A stretch of 64,000 nucleotides of DNA from Myxococcota bacterium (GCA_041389445.1 JAWKRW010000002.1:501359-565358), one strand, 5' to 3'; positions 26,708 to 36,040 are shown, counted from the stretch's first letter. Program-made: numbers and translations. The notes: generated by a model not told the origin, from the letters alone.

Positions 26708-29152
26708 ATGAGACCCTGGACCCGATCGAAAGCCTCAGGAGCCGGTCGCGACGCGACGACGCACACGCTGCGACGGACCCTTCACACCCTGCTGACCGCG
26801 GCCTGCCTGCCGCTCGCGGCCCAGGCCCAGCTGCTCGCGCCCGGCCCCAAGCTCGAGCTGGCGGCCGCGCCTTCCCCGACCGCGATCGCGCCCATCCAGG
26901 CGCCCGGGCAGGCGGTCGCCCAGCTCGACGCGCTCGATCGCGTGGCGCGCGATCGCCAGCTCGACCAGCTCGCGGCCGCTCCGACCAGCACGGGCCCGAC
27001 GCTCTTCATGTCGATCGCCGCCTCGAGCGCCCGCGCGGCCTGGCAGACGGCGGAGGCGGACGTCGATCGCGCGCGCGCGCTCGCCTGGGCCGGCATGCAG
27101 CCCGGCTACAGCCTCGCGACCTTGATCCACGCGCCCCTCGCGCTGGCGTTCCTCGACCTGCAGATCGAGCTGCGTCGCAACGTCGGCCCGACGCTCACGA
27201 CGGACGTCGAGGGGCTCGACGCGGAGCCGGCCTGCGCCGGGGACGTCGTCGGCGATCGGCTGATCGCCGCCTACGGCGAGGCGATCGTCCAGCCCCTCGG
27301 CGCCGATGCCGAGGCGACCGGCGCAGCGCTCGAGTCGCTCGCCGTCCAGGTCGCCTGCCTCGGCAGCGCGCAGCTGGCCCGGCTCGATCGCGGGCTCGCC
27401 AAGGGCTTCGTCGACGTCGCGGCGCGCATGGCGGACCACGGTCTCGGCCAGCTCGAGCCGAGCTTCGCCCAGCTCGTCGCGCCGCTCGAGGTCCTGCTGC
27501 TCGACGCGCGCAAGCATCGCGGCAAGCGCGCGAGCGCATGGCGCTGGTTCGATCTGCATGCCGAGCCGCTCCTCGCCGCGACCGCGAACGCGGGCTGGGC
27601 GACCGAGGAGCTCCTCGTCTGGGATCGCCGCCATGGCATGCTGCTCGGCTTCCCGGCCTGCAGCGGATCGACGTCCGCGGACTGCGTCGACCTCGAGATC
27701 CTGCTCGAATCCGTCGCCGACCCGCGCGCCCTCGGCCTCGGCGGATGCGGTCTCGCGGCCATGATCTCCCAGGGCGTCCAGGCGATCGACGGGGATCCGC
27801 GTTATGTCTGTCCGATGCAGGCCTGCTCGGCGCCGGGCGGTCCGGGCGGGGTCGGAGCGACGAGCCCGTTCGGGAATGCCTCGCTCGCGGGCGGCGCCAG
27901 CTTGGCGCTCGGCGGGCTCGCGACGTCGCCGCACCTGAGCGGCAGTGCCGGCACGGGCGGCCTCCCGGGCGACCTCGCGGCGATCTGGGGCAACGCCCTC
28001 GACGGCCAGGACGTCGCGGCCATGGGCGCGATCTGCGGCGCGGGCGGCGATTGGCAGGGTCCGCGCTTCGACGTGACCAGCTGCTTCGAGTCGCTTCCGA
28101 GCCCCGAGGCACAGAATCCCTTCGACCAGCACATGGCGTGCATGCAGGAGGTCCTCGACCCCGAACGGCCCGCACTCGGAGAGACCCTGCGCGGCGTGCC
28201 GAACGGGCCGGAATGCGGTCTCGCGGAGGGGGGCGCAGCAGGCGCGGATCCCGACAAGAAGGCCGAGGAGCCCAAGCCGAAGGAGCCGGAGGTCGCGAAG
28301 CCGGTCGACGGCGCCACGCCGAAGATCACGCCGACGCCCTACGCCCGTCCCCTCGCCGAAGGCAACAGCTACGAGATCACGTCCGGCCAGGGCTCGATTC
28401 GCGCCGTCGAGATCGTCGACGCCCAGACGGGCGAGCTCGTCCGCGTCGAGGTCTCGGTCGAAGGCATGTCGCCCGAGCAGGCGATCGCCGCCGTCGAGCG
28501 CGAGATCTACGCGAAGGACGGGACGATGCAGGACCTCCAGTTCAGCGATACGGCAGAGCTGATCGACATCGCGCTCTGGGACGCGGCCGACAAGCAGAGC
28601 GCCACGGATCCGAAGTGCGCGAAGGGCTGCTCGGGCCGCACCCAGACGCTGACGCCCCCCGCGGCCGGGAACCAGGGCTGCTTCGATCCGCTCTCCTGCA
28701 GCGACGACGGCTGCTCCGGCATCGGCGAGCAGATCTCGGCGGCGACCGACTGTGAAGAAGCGCTGCTCGACGATCTCGCCGAGGCGGCGGGCCTCGGCCG
28801 TCCGGGACCCGACGAAGTCGATCCGACGCAGCCCTCGGACCCGGTCTCGAACTGGGGCCCCGACAGCGACCACGGCGTCGACGGGAGCGGCGTCGGGCTC
28901 TGCCTGAGCGCGGGCTACCTGCCGCGACCGCCGGCCCACTGCGCCTTCATCCTCTGCGCAGGGGGTGGGATGGCGGTGCCGCTCGGCGACGGCTGTGGCT
29001 GCCCGTCGTCGCCGCGGATGACGGTCGAGGACGTCTGCATCGAGGCGATCTGCATGGACGGTACGGTCCCCGGTCCGAACTGCGAGTGCGGCGGCTTCGA
29101 CGGGGAGCTGCCCGACTGGCCGATCGGCCCCGATCCGGTGACGCAGCGCTAG
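26708..29152 (+). CDS. Large secreted hypothetical protein (814 aa), Cys-rich C-terminal third
   Basis: A GGGAGGA Shine-Dalgarno lies 8 nt before the ATG at 26708. A signal peptide is present (LHTLLTAACLPLAAQAQ). The frame is GC3-rich and continuous. I recognise no family. Confidence 0.7.
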   Translation: MRPWTRSKASGAGRDATTHTLRRTLHTLLTAACLPLAAQAQLLAPGPKLELAAAPSPTAIAPIQAPGQAVAQLDALDRVARDRQLDQLAAAPTSTGPTLFMSIAASSARAAWQTAEADVDRARALAWAGMQPGYSLATLIHAPLALAFLDLQIELRRNVGPTLTTDVEGLDAEPACAGDVVGDRLIAAYGEAIVQPLGADAEATGAALESLAVQVACLGSAQLARLDRGLAKGFVDVAARMADHGLGQLEPSFAQLVAPLEVLLLDARKHRGKRASAWRWFDLHAEPLLAATANAGWATEELLVWDRRHGMLLGFPACSGSTSADCVDLEILLESVADPRALGLGGCGLAAMISQGVQAIDGDPRYVCPMQACSAPGGPGGVGATSPFGNASLAGGASLALGGLATSPHLSGSAGTGGLPGDLAAIWGNALDGQDVAAMGAICGAGGDWQGPRFDVTSCFESLPSPEAQNPFDQHMACMQEVLDPERPALGETLRGVPNGPECGLAEGGAAGADPDKKAEEPKPKEPEVAKPVDGATPKITPTPYARPLAEGNSYEITSGQGSIRAVEIVDAQTGELVRVEVSVEGMSPEQAIAAVEREIYAKDGTMQDLQFSDTAELIDIALWDAADKQSATDPKCAKGCSGRTQTLTPPAAGNQGCFDPLSCSDDGCSGIGEQISAATDCEEALLDDLAEAAGLGRPGPDEVDPTQPSDPVSNWGPDSDHGVDGSGVGLCLSAGYLPRPPAHCAFILCAGGGMAVPLGDGCGCPSSPRMTVEDVCIEAICMDGTVPGPNCECGGFDGELPDWPIGPDPVTQR

Positions 29153-29185
29153 TCGGATCGGAAGGCGCGGGCTCGCGCACCGAAG

Positions 29186-29217
29186 GACGGCTCGTCGGGA
29201 TGACCCGGCGAGCCGTC
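29186..29217 (+). terminator. Strong GC hairpin between convergent genes (candidate terminator, no U-tract)
   Basis: The structure is gacggctcgtcggg-atga-cccggcgagccgtc: a 14-bp stem (one G-U pair on the plus transcript) with a 4-nt loop. It starts 34 nt after the stop at 29152. Confidence 0.35.
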
Positions 29218-29254
29218 CGCGCGTCGTGGATCGCGTCCGATGGGGCGTCGCGCT

Positions 29255-31537
29255 TCAGACCGGATTCCCGATCGAGCGCCATTCGCCCCGTCGGCGTCGC
29301 GCGAGACCCGCCGCCGCCAGCACCGCGGCGCCGCAGGCGGCCATGCCCTGCGGCTCCGGCAGGAAGACATAGGCCGCCCCCTGCTCGGGGTTGATCCCGG
29401 TCGTCGCGCCCGGCGCTCCGACCAGCACGACCGAGCCGTTGCTGCTCATCCCGATCGCCGACGTGCCCGGAAGCGTCGAGTAGCCGAACTGATCGCCGGG
29501 CGCCGCATCCGGCGCGCCGAAGCGCGCGCCCTCGGTCGCGTCGTCCCATCCCGTCGGCGGCCGCAGGAAGGCGTAGACGGAGCCGGGCGAGCCGAAGTCC
29601 GAGGCGATGATCCGCGTCCCGTCGGCGCTGATGCGCGGGCGCGCGATGCTGGCTCCGTCGGAGGTCGACAGCTCGGCGTAGTCGCTGCTGTCCACCCAGA
29701 GCGGGAGCGAGACGCAGCCGCGCGGCGTGCAGAGCTGGATCCGCGGCTGGGGAAAGACGAGGACGCGTCCGCTGGCGCCGACCGCCACGGTCGTGCCGCT
29801 CGCCGTCGTATCGACCGAGTTGCCGACGAAGCCGAGCCCGCTCCCCGGCGCAGCGGTGAGCTCCGCGCTCTGCGTCGCGCTCGTCCAGCTGCCGCTCTTC
29901 AGGAACAGGTCGACGACGCCGGCGTAGCCGTTCGCCTGGGGCGCGGTGGCGACGATCGTGCCGTCGTCCGCGCTGATCGCGACGGCCATGCCGAGCAGGT
30001 CGCGATGGCCACCACTCGCGCGCGTGAGCTTGACGGGGCTCGCGCTGTCGTTCCAGCCCCCGGCGGGTCGCACGAAGACGTAGGCCGCACCGCGGGACTC
30101 GCCGCCCACGAGCGCGCCGGTATAGCCGAGCACGATCGTGCTGCCGTCGCCGTTGACCGCGATGCTGCTCGTCGCGTCGGTCTGGCAATCCGTCGCGTTG
30201 CCGGAGAAGCCGCAGGGCGTCTCCGTGAGCGTCGTCAGCGAGAGGATCGCCGCGTGCTGGCCGGTCGAGGTCCAGCCGGAGGTCGGCTTGACGTAGACGT
30301 AGACGATGCCCGCGCTGGAGTCGACGCTGTCGAGCGTGTCGGTCAGCACCGCGATCGTGTTGCCGTCGCCGCTGATCGCGACCGAGGTCCCGAAGCCGTG
30401 CTGGTTCAGGCCCGGCGTGCTCGTCAGCTTGGCCACGGAGTCGAGACAGCCGATGGTGATGCAGCCGTTCCAGCCGCCGAAGGGGCCGCTCGGCTTGCGG
30501 AAGACGTAGACGGCGCCGGAGTCCAGGTTCGAGCCGAAGCCGTAGGGCGCCGCGACGGCGACGGTATTGCCGTCGCTGCTGATCGCCACGGATTGACCGA
30601 AGCGATCCCCAGGGCTGCCGGCCTGGCAGAGCTGGCCGATCGTGCAGACCGACTGGTTGTTGTTCAGGCGCGTCGCGCCGATCACGGGATCGATCGTCAG
30701 GGGATAGACCGCGCCCGCATCGTCGACCGAGAGGCGCAGCCCGCCCTCGGCGAGGACGAGCGCGGCGGGCAGCTCGCGCCCCGTGGCGTCGAAGGCGAGC
30801 AGACCCCCATAGCGGAGCGCGAGACGGCCCTCGTGCGCCAGCGCGAGGCCCCGACCGCCCGGCTCCACCGAGGCATCGAAGTTGCCCGCGAGCGCGAAGA
30901 CGAGGCTCAGGCGCCCGTCGTCCGGGCGCCCGGGCGAATGCGTGAGCGTGAACCCCTGCTCGAGCCCCAGCGGTCCGTTCGCATACCACTCCGTGACGGG
31001 TCCGCGCCGAAATTCGACGCGATTCGCGCCGGCCGTGGGGCTCGCGACGGAGACCGGCTCGAGCCGGTCTCCGCGTCCCATCCGAGCGAGCGCGAGCTGC
31101 AGGCGGGCGCCACCCTGGCGGAGCTCGAGTCCGGCGCGCGTGAAGTCGGCCGTGAAGCCGTTCGCTTCGTTCCGGAGACGGACGCGCTCCGGACTCTCCG
31201 TCGCATGGTAGTCGGGTCGTTCCGCTCCGAGCGTTCCGGAGAGCGCGGCCTGCAGGACCGGCGGCAGGGCTTCGAGGCCCGAGCGGGCGGGCGGGCCGGC
31301 GGCCTCGGCGGCGGGAAGGGCAACGGGTCGGGGGACACGGCGGGCGTCGGCCGCACCGGTCTTCGACGGGATGGCCCAGCCCGGATTCGCCAGCAGGACG
31401 AGCAGTGCGGTCCAGGCCGAGCCCAGGCGGCGGCGCCTTCGCGCGGGAGGCGTGCCTCGACCCGGCGCGCTGCATGGATCGCATGAAGGGAGGCGAGCCG
31501 GATCGATCGTCGAGGCAGAATGCGAGAGGCGTCGCAT
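29255..31537 (-). CDS. FG-GAP-like repeat protein with PEP-CTERM sorting tail (760 aa)
   Basis: ATG at 31537 with a GGAGAC Shine-Dalgarno. A signal region is present (AWTALLVLLANPGWA). Repeats include FGQSVAISSDGNTVAVAAP, FGTSVAISGDGNTIAV, SIAVNGDGSTIVLG, MAVAISADDGTIVATAP and AAYVFV. The C-terminus is LPEPQGMAACGAAVLAAAGLARRRR. Confidence 0.8.
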   Translation of the reverse strand: MRRLSHSASTIDPARLPSCDPCSAPGRGTPPARRRRRLGSAWTALLVLLANPGWAIPSKTGAADARRVPRPVALPAAEAAGPPARSGLEALPPVLQAALSGTLGAERPDYHATESPERVRLRNEANGFTADFTRAGLELRQGGARLQLALARMGRGDRLEPVSVASPTAGANRVEFRRGPVTEWYANGPLGLEQGFTLTHSPGRPDDGRLSLVFALAGNFDASVEPGGRGLALAHEGRLALRYGGLLAFDATGRELPAALVLAEGGLRLSVDDAGAVYPLTIDPVIGATRLNNNQSVCTIGQLCQAGSPGDRFGQSVAISSDGNTVAVAAPYGFGSNLDSGAVYVFRKPSGPFGGWNGCITIGCLDSVAKLTSTPGLNQHGFGTSVAISGDGNTIAVLTDTLDSVDSSAGIVYVYVKPTSGWTSTGQHAAILSLTTLTETPCGFSGNATDCQTDATSSIAVNGDGSTIVLGYTGALVGGESRGAAYVFVRPAGGWNDSASPVKLTRASGGHRDLLGMAVAISADDGTIVATAPQANGYAGVVDLFLKSGSWTSATQSAELTAAPGSGLGFVGNSVDTTASGTTVAVGASGRVLVFPQPRIQLCTPRGCVSLPLWVDSSDYAELSTSDGASIARPRISADGTRIIASDFGSPGSVYAFLRPPTGWDDATEGARFGAPDAAPGDQFGYSTLPGTSAIGMSSNGSVVLVGAPGATTGINPEQGAAYVFLPEPQGMAACGAAVLAAAGLARRRRGEWRSIGNPV

Positions 31538-31837
31538 GGCGGTGGTCTCCACGGTGCATCGGCGACCTCCGGCGACGCCGCGCCGTCTGCGCGGAGGCCT
31601 GCCGGAGGTCGGATGTCCATGGAGTCCGGGGAGCGGCTCGAATCCGTCCAGCACGCTCGAGGAAGGCTCGAATCAGGCGCCGCGCCGGAAGGCGGGCCCG
31701 AGCACGCCCGCGCCCGCCCCGCCCGCGCATCGACCCGGACGAACGCAGCGGTCGCGATCTCCGGCACGAGCGTCGCGTAGACCGCGTCCGAAGGGAGCCA
31801 AGCGAGCGCGACCGGTCCAGCGCCCCCGAACGCCCCT

Positions 31838-32598
31838 TCACGCGCGAAGCCGCCGGCGAGGAGCGCCGGCGAGGAGCACGATCGCGATCCGATCACGGCC
31901 GAGGTAGGCCTCGTCGAAGCCCGGCGGACCGGCGTCGAGCCGCGGGATCGCCGCCCGCGCGCCGGGCGGCGCCCCGGTGCGCGCGGCGTCGAAGACGGGG
32001 GCGAGCGGCGAGATGCCGGGCAGGATCCCGAACGTCTCGGCGCCGTCCGCGAGACCCGCGATCAGCGGCGTCTCGACGGTCGCATCCGTGATGAACGGGT
32101 TGCCGCGCGCGAGGCCGAGCAGGCTCTCGCTCCCCGCGCCCGAGATCCACGCGCCGGCGAGGGCCGTATTCCAACCGACGACATGACGTCCGTCGCCCTC
32201 CCCGCTGCTGCCCGCGCCGCCATAGCCAGCCATCACGAGCTCGCCGTCTTCGACCACCGAGGCCAGCAGGACCAGTGTCCCGCCGCGGCCCGGTCCGCCG
32301 GCGCCCCCGACCGCGCCCGGTTGACCGGACGCGCCGCTGGCGCCGTGGCCGCCCCGACCCTCCGTACCGCCGACGCCTGCGTCCGCCCCATCGCCGCCGG
32401 GCCCGCCGAAGCCGCCGAGACCACCCGCCGCGCACGCGATCTTGGCCGGGCCGCCGCCGATCCGCCGAGGAGGAGCGCCGCGGCGAGGGCGGAGGGCGCT
32501 GCGAACGCGCGCGTGACGCGCCTGCGACCCGCGAAGAGGCCGGTCGAGCGTCGGCCGACCGAGGGGCGCTGGTCCTCGAACGACCGTCGCTGCGCCAT
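31838..32598 (-). pseudogene. Gly-rich secreted protein gene interrupted by a 1-nt frameshift (pseudogene, programmed shift or assembly error)
   Basis: The ATG at 32598 lies 2 nt after the TAG of the upstream Cys-repeat gene and encodes a signal peptide (AFAAPSALAAALLLGGSAAA). That frame then turns to junk. The adjacent frame continues from about 32450 as GPAKIACAAGGLGGFGGPGGDGADAGVGGTEGRGGHGASG...VVEDGELVMAGYGGAGSSGEGDG... to the stop at 31838. The shift falls in the run tcggcggcggccc. Confidence 0.5.
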
Positions 32599-32600
32599 GA

Positions 32601-35078
32601 CTAACGACCTTCTTCCCTTCTCCTTCGTCCCGCGATCCAGGCCATGGCCAGCGTGCCGAGCATCGTCATCGTCGGTCCGTCCGGCTCCGGCACGATGAGG
32701 CCGTCGAGCCGGCTCGTGCTGCCGAGGCCGCTCGCGCCGTCCCGCTCCGCCGTGATCTCGACCGAGAGCGACTGCGCGTTCATCGGAGCGACGCCCCAGG
32801 CCTCGAAGCCGCGCCAGACGTCATCCGGGGGCGAGCTCGCCACGTCGTCCGTCCGCGCGATGGCGCCGTCACAGGCGAGGCCGCCATGCCAGTGGAGGCG
32901 GAGCGCACCCGGAAGCGTGCCCGAGGTCTTCGCCTGCGCGAGCACGGCGTAGAGCTCGCCCGGCAGTACGCTCGTGCACGGCGAGCCGAGCCGGCCGACC
33001 GTCTCGCCCGACAGCGCCGTCGGGCTTTCGACCTGGGCCGAGCCCGAGGCGAGCCGGCCCATGGCGTCATCGGCCGTCCAGGTACAGAGCGCCGGATCGC
33101 TGCACGACCAGCCCTCGAGATCGAACGCCGCGCCGGCATTCGCCACCGCCGCAGCCGGGCGCGACGGCGTCGCCGGCAGCGCCGCCGCAGGCGGATCGAC
33201 GACGACCGTGTCGAGCACGGACTCACAGAGATAGGAGCTCGCCGAGAAGGGCAGGATGTCCGGCCCGACGCCGAGGGCGAAGCTGTCCTCGGTCCCGATC
33301 AGGTTCGGCAGCGGGAGGACGCCGTCGCGCGGGAAGACCTGTGCCGTCGCGAAGTTGAGGACGCTGACGATCTGGATCTCCTGCGCGTTCATGAAGTCCG
33401 AGCCGTCGACGGCATCGAAGTCCTCGTAGAAGCCGATCGAGACGAAGGTCTCGATGGAGACGTCGGCGTTGAGACCGCCGCAGAGCGTCGTGAAGCAGCC
33501 GTACTCGCCCGTCTGGCCGTAGGCGACGCCGAACGACTGGGACTCGCCGACGAGGCCGGCGATCTCGTTGCCGATCGCATAGGTCATCGTCAGGCCGGTG
33601 TCGCGCGCGGCCGCCTGCAGATCCGCGCTGTAGAGCGAGCGGCAGACCGCCTCGCTGATCGCGCCCTGATTCGCGTTCAGGTTGCAGGTCAGCGGCGCTG
33701 CGCAGCCCTCGATCAGACAGGGATCGCAGGAGGCGCCGGCGATGCACGGGTTGAAGGCCGAGCAGCCCTCACCCGGCTTGCGCAGCTCGCGGCAGCGATT
33801 CGGGAAGCCCGCCTGGCAGTAGAGACCCGCGCCACACGGCGTTCCGACATCGCAGGTCTGCCCGAGCTGCGCCGGCGCATTCGAGCAGCGGAGGGACAGC
33901 GTGCACTGGAGCCCGTTCGAGCACGGCACGCCCGGACCGCAGGCCTCGTCGACGCCGGCGGCATCGACGCAGCGGAAGCCGGCGAAGGGATCGCAGAAGA
34001 GCCCCGGCTCGCACTGGTAGACCGGTCCGCAGGCCTGGCCGAGCGTCTGCGCCGGCTTGCAGACGCCGCTCGACTGGATCCCGAGCGGCAGGTTGCCGCA
34101 CTGGCCGGAGTTCGGCGCGGCATGCTCGTTCAGCCCCGGCTGACAGGCACCGAAGGGCGCCTCGAGCAGACAGCACGCGCGCTGATCGACTCCGCCGCAG
34201 GCCGTGACCACCTCGCAGACGCCGCTCGACTGGATGCCGGGCGGCAGGTTGCCGCACTGACCCGAGTTCGCCTGCGGCACCTCGACGAGCCCTGCCTCAC
34301 ACGCGCCGAAGCCCGCCTCGCCGAGACAGCAGGCGCGCTCGCCCGCGCCCCCGCACGATGTCACGACCTGACATACCCCGCTCGACTGGATCCCCGGCAG
34401 CGAGTTGCCGCACTGCCCCGAGTTCGGCTGCGGCACCTCGGCCAGGCCGGCCTGACACGCCCCGAACCCCGCCTCGCCGAGACAACACGCCCGCTGTCCC
34501 TCGCCGCCGCACGGCGTCACGACCTCGCACACGCCGCTCGACTGGATGCCCCACGCGAAGTTGCCGCACTGCCCCGAGTTGGCCTGCGGCACCTCCTGCA
34601 GCCCCGCCCGACACGCCCCGAACCCCGCCTCGCCGAGACAGCAGGCACGCTGTCCTTCGCCGCCGCAGGGCGCGACCGCGCGACAGATGCCGCTCGACTG
34701 GATGCCGAGCGAGGAGTTCGTGCAGTAGCCGGAGTTCGCCTGCGGCTGCTCGACCAGACCCGGCTGACAGGTCGCGCCCTCGCCCACGCAGCACGCGCGC
34801 TGGTTGACGCCGCCGCAGGGCGTCGCCGCGACGCAGATCGAGCTCGCCTGGATGCCGAGCGGATTGAAGCCCGAGCAGAGCCCGGCGTTGGCATGGGGCA
34901 CCTCGACGACGCCCGGGAAGCAGCCCCCGTTCGTCGGGGGCTCGAGCAGGCAGCACGCGCGCTGACCCGCGCTGCCGCAGGCGGCGGCGGAGGCCTCGCC
35001 CGCCGCGAAGGTCGTCGCGATCAGAACGAGAGCGAGCACGAGGAGGAGCGGAACGGGCCGGGCGACGGGACGCAGCAT
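32601..35078 (-). CDS. Cysteine-rich tandem-repeat secreted protein with PEP-CTERM tail (825 aa)
   Basis: ATG at 35078 with a signal peptide (PLLLVLALVLIATTFAAGEASA). Six repeats of about 52 aa follow, each with 6 Cys. Further CxC-rich modules and a roughly 350-aa C-terminal region come next. The protein ends IVPEPDGPTMTMLGTLAMAWIAGRRRR. The 307 aa upstream in the track ORF are junk. Confidence 0.85.
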   Translation of the reverse strand: MLRPVARPVPLLLVLALVLIATTFAAGEASAAACGSAGQRACCLLEPPTNGGCFPGVVEVPHANAGLCSGFNPLGIQASSICVAATPCGGVNQRACCVGEGATCQPGLVEQPQANSGYCTNSSLGIQSSGICRAVAPCGGEGQRACCLGEAGFGACRAGLQEVPQANSGQCGNFAWGIQSSGVCEVVTPCGGEGQRACCLGEAGFGACQAGLAEVPQPNSGQCGNSLPGIQSSGVCQVVTSCGGAGERACCLGEAGFGACEAGLVEVPQANSGQCGNLPPGIQSSGVCEVVTACGGVDQRACCLLEAPFGACQPGLNEHAAPNSGQCGNLPLGIQSSGVCKPAQTLGQACGPVYQCEPGLFCDPFAGFRCVDAAGVDEACGPGVPCSNGLQCTLSLRCSNAPAQLGQTCDVGTPCGAGLYCQAGFPNRCRELRKPGEGCSAFNPCIAGASCDPCLIEGCAAPLTCNLNANQGAISEAVCRSLYSADLQAAARDTGLTMTYAIGNEIAGLVGESQSFGVAYGQTGEYGCFTTLCGGLNADVSIETFVSIGFYEDFDAVDGSDFMNAQEIQIVSVLNFATAQVFPRDGVLPLPNLIGTEDSFALGVGPDILPFSASSYLCESVLDTVVVDPPAAALPATPSRPAAAVANAGAAFDLEGWSCSDPALCTWTADDAMGRLASGSAQVESPTALSGETVGRLGSPCTSVLPGELYAVLAQAKTSGTLPGALRLHWHGGLACDGAIARTDDVASSPPDDVWRGFEAWGVAPMNAQSLSVEITAERDGASGLGSTSRLDGLIVPEPDGPTMTMLGTLAMAWIAGRRRREEGR
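34059..34979 (-). repeat. Coding tandem repeat: 6 copies of a 150-162-bp unit (aa 34-340 of the Cys-repeat protein)
   Basis: Repeat starts are at residues C34, C88, C138, C190, C242 and C294. The consensus is CGGxGQRACCLGEAGFGACxAGLxEVPQANSGQCGNxxxGIQSSGVCxVVT. The three central copies (34200-34667) are visibly near-identical at the DNA level. Confidence 0.85.
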
Positions 35079-35305
35079 CGTGAGCAAGCGAGACCTCGGG
35101 CGGTGTCGATCCAGGAGCACGCCCGAATCGCCGTGCCGCGCGGGCCAGGGCGGGACCTGCTCCGTCGGGTGGGTGGTCCCCTCGACGGACTTCGTGTTCC
35201 CAGGTACCCCAGATCGCGCCGATCGGTCAGATGCCGCGTGCGTTTTTCGATCCGTACCGACGATGCGAGCAGGCCGCCGGCAGCGCGAGCGCAGGCCTCG
35301 CCGGA

Positions 35306-36040
35306 TCACGGCCCAGAGTCGCCCCCCGCGAACCCCGCGGCGGGGACCCGCCGCCCGGTCTTGCGCAGGATCCGGACCCGGACCTGCTGGTCGAAGGCGT
35401 ACTTCCCGTCGACGCGCTCGGCGAGCCGCTCGAAGGCCTCGACGAAGCGATCGTGCTGGTCCGCCATCCGCGCCGCGCGCTTCGGGTCGATGCCGACGAT
35501 GCGCTTCGCGAAGCCCTCGGCGGAGTCGAGCAGCATCGGGCTCGAATAACACGTCTCGTGGACTTGCTCGAAACCGACGGAGGGCGCGCGCTCGAGCGCG
35601 GCCTGGGCCAGGGCGCGGACCTCGGTCTCGTCGTCGATCAGGCTGACGACCTCGTGTCCCGCCCCTGCCGAGATCGGCTCGGCGACGTAGAGCAGGCCGC
35701 CGGGGCGCAATACGCGATGGGCCTCGCGCAGGGCGTCGAGCATCGCCTCGCGGGGGACGTGGTGGAGCGAGAACGACATCACGGCCGCATCGACGCTCGC
35801 GTCGGGCAGCGGCAGATCCTGACCGACGCCGTCGAGGTAGGCCTCGGCGTGCTCCGGATCCGCCTCCCGCGCGAGCCGCATCATGACCTCGCCGCACTCG
35901 ACGCCGACGGCATCCGCCCCGCGACTGCGCAGCCAGCGGACCAGCTCCCCGGAGCCGCAGCCGATGTCGACGACCCGGCGGCCCGTCGGTTCGATCCAAC
36001 GATCGAGCATCTCCTGCTGGGTCGAGCGTTCGAGCTGCAT
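35306..36040 (-). CDS. Class I SAM-dependent methyltransferase
   Basis: A GGAGGAGAGG Shine-Dalgarno precedes the ATG at 36040. VVDIGCGSGELV is motif I, and LRPGGLLYVAEP follows. Confidence 0.85.
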   Translation of the reverse strand: MQLERSTQQEMLDRWIEPTGRRVVDIGCGSGELVRWLRSRGADAVGVECGEVMMRLAREADPEHAEAYLDGVGQDLPLPDASVDAAVMSFSLHHVPREAMLDALREAHRVLRPGGLLYVAEPISAGAGHEVVSLIDDETEVRALAQAALERAPSVGFEQVHETCYSSPMLLDSAEGFAKRIVGIDPKRAARMADQHDRFVEAFERLAERVDGKYAFDQQVRVRILRKTGRRVPAAGFAGGDSGP

